Origin: Octopus vulgaris
Taxonomy: Eukaryota
Length of the DNA: 64,000 nt
Reading direction: 5' to 3'
Assembly (NCBI GenBank): GCA_951406725.2
Contig: OX597818.1
Coordinates: 120,528,001 to 120,592,000 of the forward strand
Shown here: piece after piece, positions 27,798 to 40,153 of the stretch
Layout of the letters: each line of letters opens with the position of its first letter
Position numbering within the stretch: position 1 is the stretch's first letter
The notes under the pieces: generated by a model
The model's database searches: none
The model's input: the letters and a program-made list of their open reading frames with translations, nothing else
Told to the model about the DNA's origin: nothing
Made by a program: the position numbers and the translations under genes

Positions 27798-28584
27798 GAC
27801 GATGATGATGATGGATAATAATAACCCATTGTTTAGAACATGACTTTACAAAAAGTTCTTCAATCAAATTGTGATGAAAGGTTTTATTTTATCTAAGAAC
27901 ACTTCAAAGTGGATATTTTCGTACCATGGGACCAGGGTAGTCTCAGATGGGTTTGTATGGGCTTTTAAGAGACCAATCTTATTTCTCTACTGGCAAAATA
28001 AGTAAAAATGGTTACTATTATTTATTTGTGTAATTAGCATTGTTTGAGCCCTTCTCAAGAAATATATTCACTGTGATATTTTTTTCAAGAAGAAGAAATG
28101 GAAATAAATTTCATAGCGTAGACATGGCTGTGCAATCAAGCTCATTTGCAACCAAGTGGTTTGGGGTTCAGTCCTCTTGCATGCCACCTTGAGTAAGTGT
28201 CTTCTGTTGTAGCTATATCCAGGCTGATCAGTGCCTTGTGAGTGAATTTAATAGATGGAAACTGTGTGGAAGCCCATCGTTTGTGTGTATGTAGACATAT
28301 GTATGTGTGTGTCTTTGAATATGTCCCCTGCACCTATTGTTTGATAATCAGTGTTGGTTGATTTATATCCCTAAAACTTAAGGGTTCTGATGAAATAAGT
28401 ACCAAACTTTAAAAAAATAAGCACTGGGATTGATTTGTTAAAGTAAACTCTTCACGGTGGTGCCCCAGCATGGCCACAGTATAATAGCTAAAAGACGAAA
28501 GAATGCTTATGAAATTCAGTTTATCACCATCATCACCACTGTCATCATTATCATCATCATCATTGATGTTGATGATTTGTTTGT

Positions 28585-28930
28585 TGAACGAAGCGGTCTT
28601 CATCCCAGAGTGGGAGAAGTCCGAAACGTGGTCCTTTGCTATTCGTAAGATCCACAGAAATGAGAGCAGGTCAACCCCCGACACTGAGAGCATTGACGGA
28701 TGGATGAATGCACATCCAGGCTCAGTGGTTGCGTAAGAAGTTGGAGACAAGAAACAGGAAGAAAGAGTGAGAGAAAGTTGGAGCGAAAGAGTACAGCAGG
28801 GGTCACCACCACCCCCTGCCGGAGCCTTGTGGAGCTTTAGGTGTTTTCGCTCAATAAACACACACAATGCCCGGTCTGGGAATCGAAACCGCGAGTTTCC
28901 TGCCCTAACCGTTGGGCCATTGCGCATCCA
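28585..28930 (-). mobile_element. tRNA-derived SINE (same head and core as 49143, different tail)
   Basis: Reverse complement of GCGCAATGGCCC...GGTTTCGATTCCCAGACCGGGC...CACCTAAAGCTCCACAAGGCTCCGGCAGGGG. Confidence 0.8.
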
Positions 28931-29035
28931 CTTGATGTTGATGATGATGATAATGACAATGGTGATAGTGATGATGATGAATCTGTTGGAGGAGTTGTGC
29001 TTGCAATTCAAAGGTCCAGTTTTATCACAAATTTA

Positions 29036-29475
29036 TACAGAGAGGACAAACAAGGACAGACAAACAGATTAAGTCGACTATATCAACCCCAGTGCATAAC
29101 TGGTACTTCAAGGTGGCGAGCTGGCAGAAACGTTAGCACGCTGGGCAAAATTCTTAGCATTATTTTGTCTGCGTTCTGAGTTCAAATTCCACCGAGGTTG
29201 ACTTTGCCTTTCATCCTTTCGGGGTCGATTAAATAAGTACCAGTTTTGCACTGGGGTTGATGTAATCGACTTAATCCGGTTTGTCTGTCCTTGTTTGTCC
29301 TCTCTGTGTTTAGCCCCCTGTGGGTAGTAAAGAAATAGGTACTTATTTAATCGACCCCAAAAGGGTGAAAGGTAAAGTCAACCTCAGTGGAATTTGAACT
29401 TAGAACGTACCAGCAGATGAAATACTGCAAAGTATTTTGCCCAGTGTGCTAATGATTCTGCCAGCTTGCCACCTT
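29036..29475. mobile_element. SINE family B (+, ~29110-29337) nested in an antisense copy of the same family
   Basis: Host split with duplicated GGTACTT (29102-29108 and 29338-29344). Confidence 0.8.
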
Positions 29476-30741
29476 AAACACCCTCAAATAATAACAACAA
29501 CAATAGCTGAATGGAATGTTAAGTTTATTATCATATGGAAAATGTTTAAAAATATTCTTTAAGTCAATTGCAAATTAGAAAGTATAATGAACCTTTTAAC
29601 ATTTTGCAAAATAAAAATATTGATTCTACAGTTTTTGAGAATGCATAAAAATGTGACCATCATTTTCCATCTTCTTAGTGAATACAACAGGGTGTCATTA
29701 TATCTTTCCATTGTGGTAGAAACTCAGCATTCTAAAATTTGGTACGTTTCCATAAAAACTTGGATTTTGACCATAATCTGTGAATCTGGGTTTTACACAT
29801 ATTCAAGTTACTCATCACTTTACAGAATAAAGATCTTTAGATCATCATTAGAATTACATTTTATTGCTTTTCATGTTGCATCTGGTATTTTGACTCAAAG
29901 TTCCTGTAAAAATTTCTATATTCCAACTTTATAACTGATTACTCAATTGGCACTTTATTTTGTCAACCTAAGGTAACGAAAGGCAAAGTTGATCTCAGTG
30001 GGCTTTAAGCATTTTTAAAAATATTGCCATACACTTAATGAATTATTTTAATCTAAACTCTGTCTGGATTTAATATTCTAAAGTTAAACTATACAAATCA
30101 ATATCTTAACAAATTAATGTATTAAGCATATTTAAGTACTTTTGATAGTTTTATTTATATCAAATAATTAACCAATTAATAACCAAGCAAAAGCTCTATG
30201 TATTTTATGCATTTAATAAAATATATAATTTATAAAAAAAAAAAACTGTTATATGTACAGATTGGTTGTTTCACTTTAATCTTCCCAGGCTTGCATGAAT
30301 AGGATGGTTTTGATAAATTTGGACGTTTCAGTAGGATAGGAACGATTTTTACAGCTGGCTATCCTTCCAGCCTCCAGGCTTTTTAAATATAAAACAGGAG
30401 TGGCAATCAGTGTCAGTCCAATTGACTGAGGCAAGCAGAGTTGAGTGTGGTTTGTGCAGGGGCAGAACACAATGGCTATAATAAAGTTTGAATTCAGAAC
30501 CCACTCAGGTTTTGCTGTGCTGTATTTTAAAAGTTTCAAACAAAGATTTGATGCATTTATTTAAGTGATGCATTTTTATATCAGCAAACACAATATTTCT
30601 GCAATTTCCCTGTTTATGTTCCGGAAATGAAGCAGTTGTGGCCGAAGCCTTGATGCTAGCGCTTTCTTCACACACCCGATTTTGTGTACAGACAACAATT
30701 CAGTGAAAATAAAATTACAAATTTTTTTTGTATCAGTTCAG

Positions 30742-30940
30742 TCACATCTTGTACATATTTTCTGTATTTGCTGCAACACTTGAACTTTCAGGCAGAACAT
30801 ATTGTGGACCGATTTGTTCGAAACTATCCTCGGATGATGAACTGTCTCCAAGATAGTCATCCCCATCATTTGGGTCATGGTGACGATTCAGGTCTACTTC
30901 AAGGAAATCTTGGATTTTGTGAGCAATAGCATAGTGATCA
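30742..30940 (-). CDS. CYBC1: CYBC1/EROS coding exon 6 (last)
   Basis: Acceptor TTTTTGGCAG, phase 2. (S)DHYAIAHKIQDFLEVDLNRHHDPNDGDDYLGDSSSSEDSFEQIGPQYVLPESSSVAANTENMYKM* resembles human SDVEAIAKLITSFLEL. Confidence 0.88.
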
Positions 30941-30962
30941 CTGCCAAAAAGAAAAAAAAAAT

Positions 30963-31280
30963 AGTTTCTTTACTACCCACGAGGGGACAAACAAATGGAT
31001 TAAGTCGATTATATCGATCCCAGTGCGTAACTGGTACTTATTTAATCAACCCCGAAAGGATGAAAGGCAAAGTAGACCTCAGCGGAATTTGAACGTAGCA
31101 GCAGACGAAATACCTATTTCTTTATTACCCACAAGGGGCTAAACACAGAGAGGACAAACAAGGACAGACAAACAGATTAAGTCGATTATATCAACCCCAG
31201 TGAGTAACTGGTACTTATTTAATCGACCCCGAAAGGATGAAAGGCAAAGTCAACCTCGGCGGAATTTGAACTCAGAACGT
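30963..31280 (-). mobile_element. Tandem pair of SINE family B copies directly upstream of the last CYBC1 acceptor
   Basis: Two repeats of TCGACCCCGAAAGGATGAAAGGCAAAGTC...GGAATTTGAAC. Confidence 0.85.
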
Positions 31281-32227
31281 ATGACTTACAAAATAAAACT
31301 TTTTTTCCACTACTACCTACCTCCTCAACAATTGCTACCACCAGTGAATATACAATCACTCTTAATCTGTAACATAGGAATATAGGACTCTTCTTTATTT
31401 TTCTTTTCCAACTATCTCTACTTGTTTCAATTATTGGACTGCAGCCATACTGAGGTACCACCTTGAAGGGTTTTCATTGAACAAATCAACCCCCAGCTGA
31501 AATCTAGTTCTGATTATATGAGCCTCTATTGACGAACTGCAAAATTGCAAGGATGTAAATATAGGCACTGGTGTACCTGTGTGGTTGCTTTCCAATGAGT
31601 TCAGTCCCACTGCATGCCACCTTGGGCAAGTGTCTTCAACTAAAACCTCAGGCTGAACTAGTGCAAGGATTTGGTAGACAGAAACTGAAAGAAGCCTGTC
31701 GTGTGTGTGTATGTATATATATATGCATATATATACATAAACGATGATACCTATGCATATATATACATATGCATATTTATACATATGCATATATATATAT
31801 GCATATATATATGCATATATATATATATGCATATCATCGTTTAACGTCCGTTCTCCATGCTAGCATGGGTTGGACTATATATATGTATATCTATATATAA
31901 GCATATATATATATATATGCATATATCATAGGCACAGGAATGGCTGTGTGGTAAGTAGCTTGCTTACCAACCACATGGTCCCAGGTTCAGTCCCACTGCA
32001 TGGCACCTTGGGCAAGTGTCTTCTACTATAGCTTCGGGCTGACCAATGCCTTGTGAGTGGATTTGGTAGATGGAAACTGGAAGAAGCTCATTGCATATGT
32101 TTATATATGTATGTCTGTCTGTTTGTCCCACCCGCTGCTGCCAGCATGGAAAGTGGTTGTTAAACGATGATGATGATGATGAAAGAAGCAATAAGGTGTT
32201 CAATGAATTGGTCATACAATAACAAAC

Positions 32228-32372
32228 CTGCTGTCTCCTATTGTAAAGGATTCTGTGATACCAATTATAGCACCAGCTGCCAAAAGAACCACCACCTGGT
32301 TTCCTTTACCAAGGTATTTCATTTCCCTTTCTTCAACGCGTACACCAACAATGTCGTCTAAGCTGGCTTTCA
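32228..32372 (-). CDS. CYBC1: CYBC1/EROS coding exon 5
   Basis: AG/GT boundaries, 145 nt. (V)KASLDDIVGVRVEEREMKYLGKGNQVVVLLAAGAIIGITESFTIGDS resembles human LHDVRDVSVEEEKVRYFGKGYMVVLRLATGFSHPLTQS. Confidence 0.93.
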
Positions 32373-32438
32373 CTGGAAATAAGACAATAACCAATGAAAC
32401 TCTTGAAACTGCACATTTTCATGTCAGAGATAAATGAT

Positions 32439-32806
32439 AAGATATTAATTACCAAGATATCAATTACCAAGATATCAATTACCAAGATATTAATTACCGA
32501 GATATCAATTACCGAGATATCAATTACCGAGATATCAATTACCGAGATATCAATTACCAAAATATCAATTACCAAGATATCAATTACCAAGATATTAATT
32601 ACCAAGATATTAATTACCAAGATATTAATTACCAAGATATTAATTACCAAGATATCAATTACCAAGATATCAATTACCAAGATATCAATTACCAAGATAT
32701 TAATTACCAAGATATTAATTACCAAGATATTAATTACCAAGATATTAATTACCAAGATATCAATTACCAAGATATCAATTACCAAGATATCAATTACCAA
32801 GATATT
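32439..32806. repeat. 15-bp minisatellite (AAGATAT[C/T]AATTACC) x ~24.5
   Basis: Near-identical units in alternating blocks of variants. Confidence 0.97.
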
Positions 32807-32879
32807 GGTAACCAGAGTGACTAACCAGTCAGTTGGAACCCTATCCATCAATCCATTATCTTCACCCACTATTTCAGGG

Positions 32880-33190
32880 AGGCATTGTTGGGGTAGAGTC
32901 CTCAGGCACCCCCTCCATAGAATCCCGTAAGATCAGCCATGATCACACGAGAGCATGGATGTTATCCAACCATTTTGTTCTTGGTCTACTCCTAGGTTTC
33001 CTGCTGGTTGAAGAATCCATCTGGCAAGTCTTTCCTGTGACAGTCTAATCACATGTCCATAGTACTGGAGCTGTGCCTTCTCAATACAGAGACTTAACCT
33101 GGCTTAACCTCAAGAGACTCCTTGGTCTCTGAGCTACATATCCTGTCAAGTAAAATTACACCAAAGATCGTTTAGAGCAACCATCCATCA
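32880..33190 (-). mobile_element. RTE-like LINE 3' fragment
   Basis: Minus translation contains RKPRSRPRTKWLDNI. Confidence 0.6.
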
Positions 33191-33362
33191 GATGGAACTA
33201 ACAAATATACTTTTCATCACTTATACGACAAACATGACAGAACTAGTTCAGATGAGTGATAGATTATTATAGGTTTGTGCTGAGTAAAAACAGTAGGAAA
33301 ATACTGGAAGATTAAGACTGCAGGATAAGAAATATCAGTCTCAGGAAAGAGTTAAGAATATA

Positions 33363-33923
33363 CAGGGTTGGCCAAAAGTCACCCGACAGTAAATCAAAAT
33401 TCCATAAATACTATCTGTAATTCTGTATTGACTCGGATGGTAAAATGTGTCACTGTGCCGGTGGCATGTAAAAAGCACCATCCAAACATGGCCGATGCCA
33501 GTGCCGCCTTGACTGGCTTCTGTGCCGGTGGCACGTTAAAAGCACCAACCGATCGTGACCGATGCCAGACTCCCCTGGCACCTGTGCCGGTGGCACGTAA
33601 AAAGCACCCACTACACTCGCGGAGTGGTTGGCGTTAGGAAGGGCATCCAGCTGTAGAAACACTGCCAGATCAGACTGGAGCCTGGTGCAGCCTCCTGGCT
33701 TCCCAGACCCCAGTCAAACCGTCCAACCCATGCTAGCGTGGAAAACAGACGTTAAACGATGATGATGATGATGATGATGATGAAGAAGGACATCAGTTTG
33801 AACAATTTTCATGATGTTTCATATTTAGATGCTTTTATTAAATTCATTCAGTTGTCAAACATAAATTAATCTTGGAATTAATTGGTTTTTACTTACTGTC
33901 AGGTGGCTTTTTGGCCAACCCTG
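33363..33923. mobile_element. Tc1/mariner-type MITE with a nested family C retroposon (33452-33782)
   Basis: TA|CAGGGTTGGCCAAAAGTCACCCGACAGTAA ... TTACTGTCAGGTGGCTTTTTGGCCAACCCTG|TA. Confidence 0.9.
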
Positions 33924-34219
33924 TATATCTTAGAATGATGTACTTAGATTAGAAAAGAAAAGAAAGTACTATAATAATAAGAATCCTTTCTACTATAGGC
34001 ACAGGGACTGGAATTTTGGGAGAGGGGGGCTAGTCAATTAGATTGGTCCCAGTATGCAATTGGTACTTATTTTAATGACTTTGAAAGGGTGAGTGGCATC
34101 TTTGATCTCAGCGGGATTTGAAGTCAGAATATAAAGATGGATGAAGTATTTTATCCAGGATACAAATAGTTGCCACCTTAATGACAATAATAATAATAAT
34201 AATAATGATGATTACTTAC

Positions 34220-34313
34220 CAACATGTTGTTTGAGCAGTGGGTGAAGGAACCGTTGTAGAAGACTTCGCTTTTTGATGGTCAGCAGTCCAGTTGACTTCT
34301 CAAATATACAGTC
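34220..34313 (-). CDS. CYBC1: CYBC1/EROS coding exon 4
   Basis: TTTATCAG acceptor, GTAAGT donor, 94 nt. DCIFEKSTGLLTIKKRSLLQRFLHPLLKQHV resembles human EAIFDKSTGKVVLKTFSL. Confidence 0.93.
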
Positions 34314-34983
34314 CTGATAAAGAAGACAGATCATGTACAGAATATTTTTCCTTTTACAGGGTAATGGATTGCCAAAATCAGCAGAGTGATAAAAAAGATG
34401 TCCTCCTCCTCCGCATCATCATCATTTAACGTCTGTTGTCCATGCTGGCATGAGTTGGACAGTTTGACTGGGCTGGCACTCTGTAAGGCTGCACCAGGCC
34501 CCAATCTGATTTAGCATGGTTTTCTACAGCTGGATGCCCTTCCTAACACTAACCACTCAGCAGAATGTAATAAGTACTTTCATGTGCCACCAGCATGTGT
34601 GTCATTTCTGTGACACTGGTATCTTGTCACGACTACGATTTTGCTCGGCTTGGTGGGTCTTCTTCTCAAGCACGTCATACTGTCAAAAGTCTTGGTCATT
34701 GCTGCTGTGAGGCCCAACACTCGAAAGGAACTCGGCCATTTTGCCTCCACAAGGCCCAATGTTTGAAAGGAACTCAACCACTTTGCCTCTGTGAGGCCAA
34801 ACACATGTAATATCTAATTTCAAATCTTTACATGCTGAGTTCAAACCCTACCAAGATCTACTATGCTTTTCATCCTTTTACGGGTTAATAAAATAAGTGG
34901 CAGTTGAGGGCTGGGATCAGTAGAATCAAAATCCTTTCGTATTTCTATAATTAGATATTATAAGGAATTGTATAAAAATTGTT

Positions 34984-35380
34984 TACTCTTTTACTTGTTT
35001 CAGTCATTTGACTGTGGCCATGCTGGAGCACTGCCTTTAGTCGAGCAAATTGACCGCAGGACTTATTCTTTGTAAGCCTAGTACTTATTCTATCGGTCAC
35101 TTTTGCCGAACCGCTAAGTTACAGGGATGTAAACACACCAGCATCGGTTGTCAAAGCAATGTTGGGGGGACAAACACAGACACACAAACATATACACACA
35201 CACATACATATATCTACATATATACAATGGGCTTCTTTCAATTTCCGTCTACCAAATCCACTCACAAGGCTTTGGTTGGCCCGAGGCTATAGTAGAAGAC
35301 ATTTGCCCAAGGTTCCATGCAGTGGAACTGAACCCGGAACCATGTGGTTGGTAAGCAAGCTACTTACCACACAGCCACTC
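34984..35380 (-). mobile_element. tRNA-derived SINE family A
   Basis: Reverse complement of 62673-63131. Confidence 0.9.
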
Positions 35381-36298
35381 TTTAAAAAAGATTTTGTGAA
35401 TTGTAAAAGTATAAACAATGTATTATACATAAACTTCACAGGTCTGAAACGCCATTTTTCTTGGCCCTAGAAAAAAATTACTGTAGGCCACCAAAAATCT
35501 TATATGGACTACCAGGATCCACATGAATCCTGGTTGAGAACCCCTGGTCTAAATAATTATACAACCTTAGTAATAACAACTCAGCCAAGGTATTAAATAA
35601 ATATTCTTAACTCTGTAAAGTGATTGGCGTTAAGAAAGGGATCCTGCCATTTGACACTGTGCAAAAATAGACAATTGGGGCCTGGAGCAGCTTCCTGGCT
35701 TCCCAGCTCCTCTCAAACTGTCCAGCTTATGCCGGTATAGAAAAACGATGTTAAATGACGATGATGATGATGAAGAGGTGGTATGGCTTTGTGGTTAAAA
35801 CGTTTGCTTCCCAGCCACATGCTTTGGGGTTCAGTCCCACTGTGGAGCTTCGTGCAATTTTCTGCAATAACACTGGACTGAGTAGATTTGCAAGATGGAA
35901 ACCGAGACAGGCCTGTTATTCATTCGTTCATAAATGCATGCATACATACATTCACACACAATGCAGTATCTATATATGGACGGCCAATTAAAGGAACAAA
36001 CTGAATTAAAAGCGGTTTTTCTGATGAAAATTAAATTTGCATCATGAGCTGGGATAAAACATAGGAATTTGATACCAAACTAGCTTAAATTTTCTCCACC
36101 AACTATAAAACCGCATAATAAATATAAGTGGCTGGGAGAGCTTGTACACAATTCACGTAGCTTGAAAATTTTGCATATTTTACATAGAAAAAAAAACATT
36201 ATTCATAGTTTTTGCAAGAAAAATGAAACTGGATCGACAGAAACAAGAAAATGTTGAAAAAAGCCGCAATCGTACCCACACACAGAGATTCCTATAGT

Positions 36299-37155
36299 AA
36301 GGGAGGTAATCGCGGTTGAAATGTGTAAGAGTGCTTTCCCTTTACACACTAACATCCGACATTTTGGCAGATTTGAATGTTGTGTATCGGATCACAGTTG
36401 TTATTCACGATAGAAATTGGTCTCCCAGAAAGCGATGTGCGTTTATAACACGTGAATCACAAGGCTAAAGGTTACTTCGAGGTACCGCAGTGTTTAGCCT
36501 TTGTTTTGCATCTCTTCAACCGATTAATTTCACAAGAGGCCGAGCTAAGGACATTCACTTTCGAGGTACTACTAGCGTAGTCGCGCATCCGCGTTAGCTA
36601 GTCATGACTAGTCGATACTTACTTTGTGTTTTTGTGTGTTATTTACTTTGATTAAAAAACTATTTATTGTGTGTTTTTGTACTTTATTTACTTTCTGTAA
36701 AAAAACTATTTACTTTGTGTAAAAAAAATTATTCATTTTGTGTTTTATTTACTTTGCTAGGTAGTCGTTGTAGGATCGACTAGTCACGACTAGCTAGCGC
36801 GGATGCGCGCACCGGGACCACTATTCGCTAGTTGTACCCACTTTCGAATCTACCAGAACGAATTAACAATGAATAGCTACGTTATTTGGATTCTCACAGT
36901 TATGCGTGCATCCCATGAATAATTTGTTTGCTGATTCTTATAAACAAAAACTCGGTCCAGTGAAGCTCTCAACTCTCCTTACACAAGCGAATCACGTATT
37001 ATGAACACCCATCATTTCCACGGAGGGGATATTGTCCGATAATAACGGCAATCAGAAATTTAACGTCTAAATCTATAAAAATATTTTGAGATTAAAATAC
37101 GCTTGTCGTCAAAGGGAAAGCACTCTTACATATTTTAAACGCGTTTGTCTCCCTT
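36299..37155. mobile_element. Old foldback/MITE-like element with ~160-bp diverged inverted arms
   Basis: AAGGGAGGTAATCGCGGTTGAAATGTGTAAGAGTGCTTTCCCTTT pairs with AAAGGGAAAGCACTCTTACATATTTTAAACGCGTTTGTCTCCCTT. Confidence 0.75.
36565..36838. mobile_element. Mutator-like MITE with a perfect 9-bp target-site duplication
   Basis: CACTTTCGA|GGTAC...GTACC|CACTTTCGA; ~50-bp CpG-rich TIRs around a T-rich internal subrepeat. Confidence 0.85.
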
Positions 37156-37655
37156 TGACCAGAAAACTTGGAAGTAAGCCTGTTCATCCACGCAGCTAAG
37201 CCTGCCGTAAGAGAACGTTAAATGAAAACTGGAATATCTCTTAGAGGATTACTCTTTTACTTGTTTCAGTCATTTGACTGCGACCATGCTGGAGCGCCGC
37301 CTTTTAGTCGAGCTGGGATAAAACATAGGAATATACACATTAATGATAATGATGACACATACACACACACACACACGCGGCCAGAGTTAATGGTTTCTTA
37401 GACTGGTTACCTGAATGGCATTTGGCAGTGGTGTCCACAATGCTTGCATTAGCTATTCAGATGAATGCTTAACTCTTTAATATTAAAATCAGCCACATCC
37501 GGCCAATGGCATGAAAAACTGTTAATCCAGATACATTTTCATCCTCTCTCCATTGTTTTTCTCTCTCTCTTTCCTCAATCCTTTCTGTCAAAGAGAGTAG
37601 GCTCAAAACGTCTAAGACTTTTCCATTTTCCCAGAGTATCAAACTAATACACCTT

Positions 37656-37979
37656 CTATACTTAAGAGATGAGGAATTATGTACATTATTTACATTTGAT
37701 GGATATTTGTCCTCATCTTGTTTGCTGTTAACACAACGTTTTGGCTGATATAGCCTCAAGCCTTCATTAGGTGTCTTGGGAAAATTTCGAATCTGGGTTC
37801 TCATTCAAAATGTATTTTTCGATGTTATTATTATCATTATTAATATTTAGATCACTGCTTGGAATCGAATGCGGAATCTTGGGGGTTAGCAGCCCGCGCA
37901 CTTAACCACTACGCCATATGGAGGGTATATCAGCCAAAACGTTGTGCTGAGGACAAATATCCGTCAAATGTAAATAATG
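37656..37979 (-). mobile_element. Composite element: tRNA-derived Pol III head + hammerhead-like Penelope-type tail + inverted partial tail copy
   Basis: Head TGGCGTAGTGGTTAAG...GGGCTGCTAACCC...TTCGATTCC (37920-37861). Motif GACAC-CTAATGA-AGGCT..AGCC-AAAAC-GTT-GTGTT (37775-37730). Flanked by TAATACACCTT twice (37645-37655, 37980-37990). Confidence 0.7.
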
Positions 37980-38410
37980 TAATACACCTTGTTTGTTATT
38001 CCTTTACTTGTCTGTCTGTTGTACATTTGAACAAAATATTCTACTTGTTTTATGTGCAAACCAGCCAGATCCAGCCTCTCACACCTACCCTACAGCGTAA
38101 TTTCCAAAAATATGAAATCACCTTATGAAAACCTTGAAGCTACAAGATAATCCATGATTAACTTAAAACAATGTGAATAAATAAGCATTACATTTGACAG
38201 AGTAACCTGAATGCTTAAGGGTTAAATAGCTAGAAAGACTCTACCACAGTGTAACTGTTTCAGTTCCAACACAGGGTTCCTAACCAAATTACTTACCAAG
38301 CGATGAGAACACAGAAGTCTTGTGCAAATAAGTTTACGACAGAAAATGAAAATAATGAAAAGCAAAGAGAAAAAGGTATGATAAAAATAAGAGAGTTAAT
38401 GTCAACTAAC

Positions 38411-38484
38411 CTCCCAATCTTCCATTGCAGTGAGACCGAGCAGGAGAGCTCCCAATAACCAAAAGATCTTCCATAAAAAGTGAT
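38411..38484 (-). CDS. CYBC1: CYBC1/EROS coding exon 3
   Basis: TTTCCCCAG acceptor, GTTAGT donor, 74 nt. (D)HFLWKIFWLLGALLLGLTAMEDWE resembles human DSLGWKLFYVTGCLFVAVQNLEDWE. Confidence 0.93.
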
Positions 38485-38550
38485 CTGGGGAAATAATAAA
38501 TTCTACAGATTTATCGAAATACAACAGAGGTACATCTATGTATCAATCAT

Positions 38551-38950
38551 TATCATCATCATCATTGTTTAACGTCCACTTTCCATGCTGGCATGGGTTG
38601 GACGATTTGACTGAGGTCTGGCGAACCAGATGGCTGCACCAGGCTCCAATCTGATCTGGCTGAGTCTCTACAGCTGGATGCCCTTCCTAATACCAACCAC
38701 TCCGAGAGTGTAGTGGGTGCTTTTATGTGCCACTGGCACGAGGGCCAGTCAAGCGGTACTGGCAACAGCCACACTCAAATGGTGCTTTTTATGTGCCACC
38801 TGCGCAGGACCCAGTCCAGCGGCACTGGCAACGACCTCGCTCGAATGTTTTTTCACGTGCCACCAGCACAAGTGCTAGTAAGGCGACGCAGGTAACGACC
38901 ACACACGAATGGTGTTTTTAATGTGCCATCGGCATGGAGGCCAGCTTGTT
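38551..38950 (-). mobile_element. Retroposon family C
   Basis: Reverse complement of the 26595-26876 type, with extra 5' subrepeats. Confidence 0.8.
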
Positions 38951-39803
38951 GCTCTGGCTCCAAGGTTGTACAGTACAGCCAATGCTTATTTGTAAATGAG
39001 TCTGGCTTGGTAACATGCTTTTGCTAATTGTTTTAAGTGCCCGTGAAGTCATGAGCAGACACAGACACCTTTGTTGGCCCCTTGGCCATTAATCCTGCAG
39101 AACATAAAGGATTTTACAACTGAAGTGAGGTTGGGCTTCACCAGCATACAGCTGGTACTCAGCACAGCTAGGTTAACTGGAGCTGCCTGGTCTAGGAATT
39201 GAATCTAAGACATGACCATCACAAACGAGAACCTTAACTCCAAGACCATCCACTTCACCACATATTGTAGAATATTCTCTAGATATTCTCTAGTCAAGAG
39301 AGCAAGTGGATGCTGATGGGTGAGTACTGGGGTTATAATTTGTAGAATGGTGCTATAGAACAGTGATAGTATCTGGGAGAGGGGTCTATGAAGGAGAAAT
39401 GTAGGTTGTAGAACATTCTATAGATGTTGTTGTTTAGCCATAGGCTGCCACTGACCCAGTAGACTTATGGTCAGAGGCTTTCTAACCTTGACTGTCCAAG
39501 TATTTCATCTGGCATTGTACACCACAGACTACATTATCAAATGTGTCCTTTTTCAAAAAGAGTAGGATAAGATTTAGTTACTGCTTCTGTTTGGTTGCAT
39601 GACTACTTCAAGGTACCCTAGTAGTAGTAGTAGTAGTAGTAGTGGTGGGTCATCAGCAATATTATTATCAATAAAACTATGTCAAATGAATTGTTTAAAA
39701 ATATTAATCTGGAACAAAATAACTAACTGGCTTAATTAAAAAGTTTGGACCATGACCAGTTAATTAGTCTTGCTAATTACCACTTTAATTATATTTACTA
39801 CAG

Positions 39804-40035
39804 AAGGGCAGCGAGCTGGCAGAAACGTTAGCACACCAGGCAGAATGCTTAGCCGTATTTCGTCTGTCGTTACGTTCCGAGTTCAAATTCCGCCGAGGTC
39901 AACTTTGCCTGTCATCCTTTCAGGGTTGATAAATAAAGTACCAGTTTCGCACTGGGGTCGATGTAATCGACTTAATCCGTTTGTCTGACCTTGTTTGTCC
40001 CCTCTATGTTTAGCCCCTTGTGGGCAGTAAAGAAA
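39804..40035 (+). mobile_element. SINE family B (head GGCGAGCTGGCAGAAACGTTAGC; tail ...CCCCTTGTGGGCAGTAAAGAAAT)
   Basis: B box GAGTTCAAATTCC; homologous to 42711-42943. Confidence 0.9.
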
Positions 40036-40111
40036 TATATATTTACTACAGAACAATGAAAAGTTTCAAAGATATTAAATTTATAGTTTGAAGGTTGAAA
40101 ATATGACATAC

Positions 40112-40153
40112 CTGAACCATAGTAAATTGCTCCTATACCACCAGTAATCACAC
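40112..40153 (-). CDS. CYBC1: CYBC1/EROS coding exon 2
   Basis: TTTGCAG acceptor, GTATGT donor, 42 nt. (G)VITGGIGAIYYGS resembles human GILSIGLAAAYYSG. Confidence 0.9.

Noticed and set aside
32333-32930. 178-aa ORFs on both strands (ITKIS / VIDIL repeats)
   Set aside because: Product of a 15-bp minisatellite inside a CYBC1 intron.
37861-37920. tRNA-Ser(GCT) gene
   Set aside because: No acceptor stem or long variable arm, decayed B box, fused to a repeat body. It is a SINE-type head, as are the other tRNA-like heads in the window.
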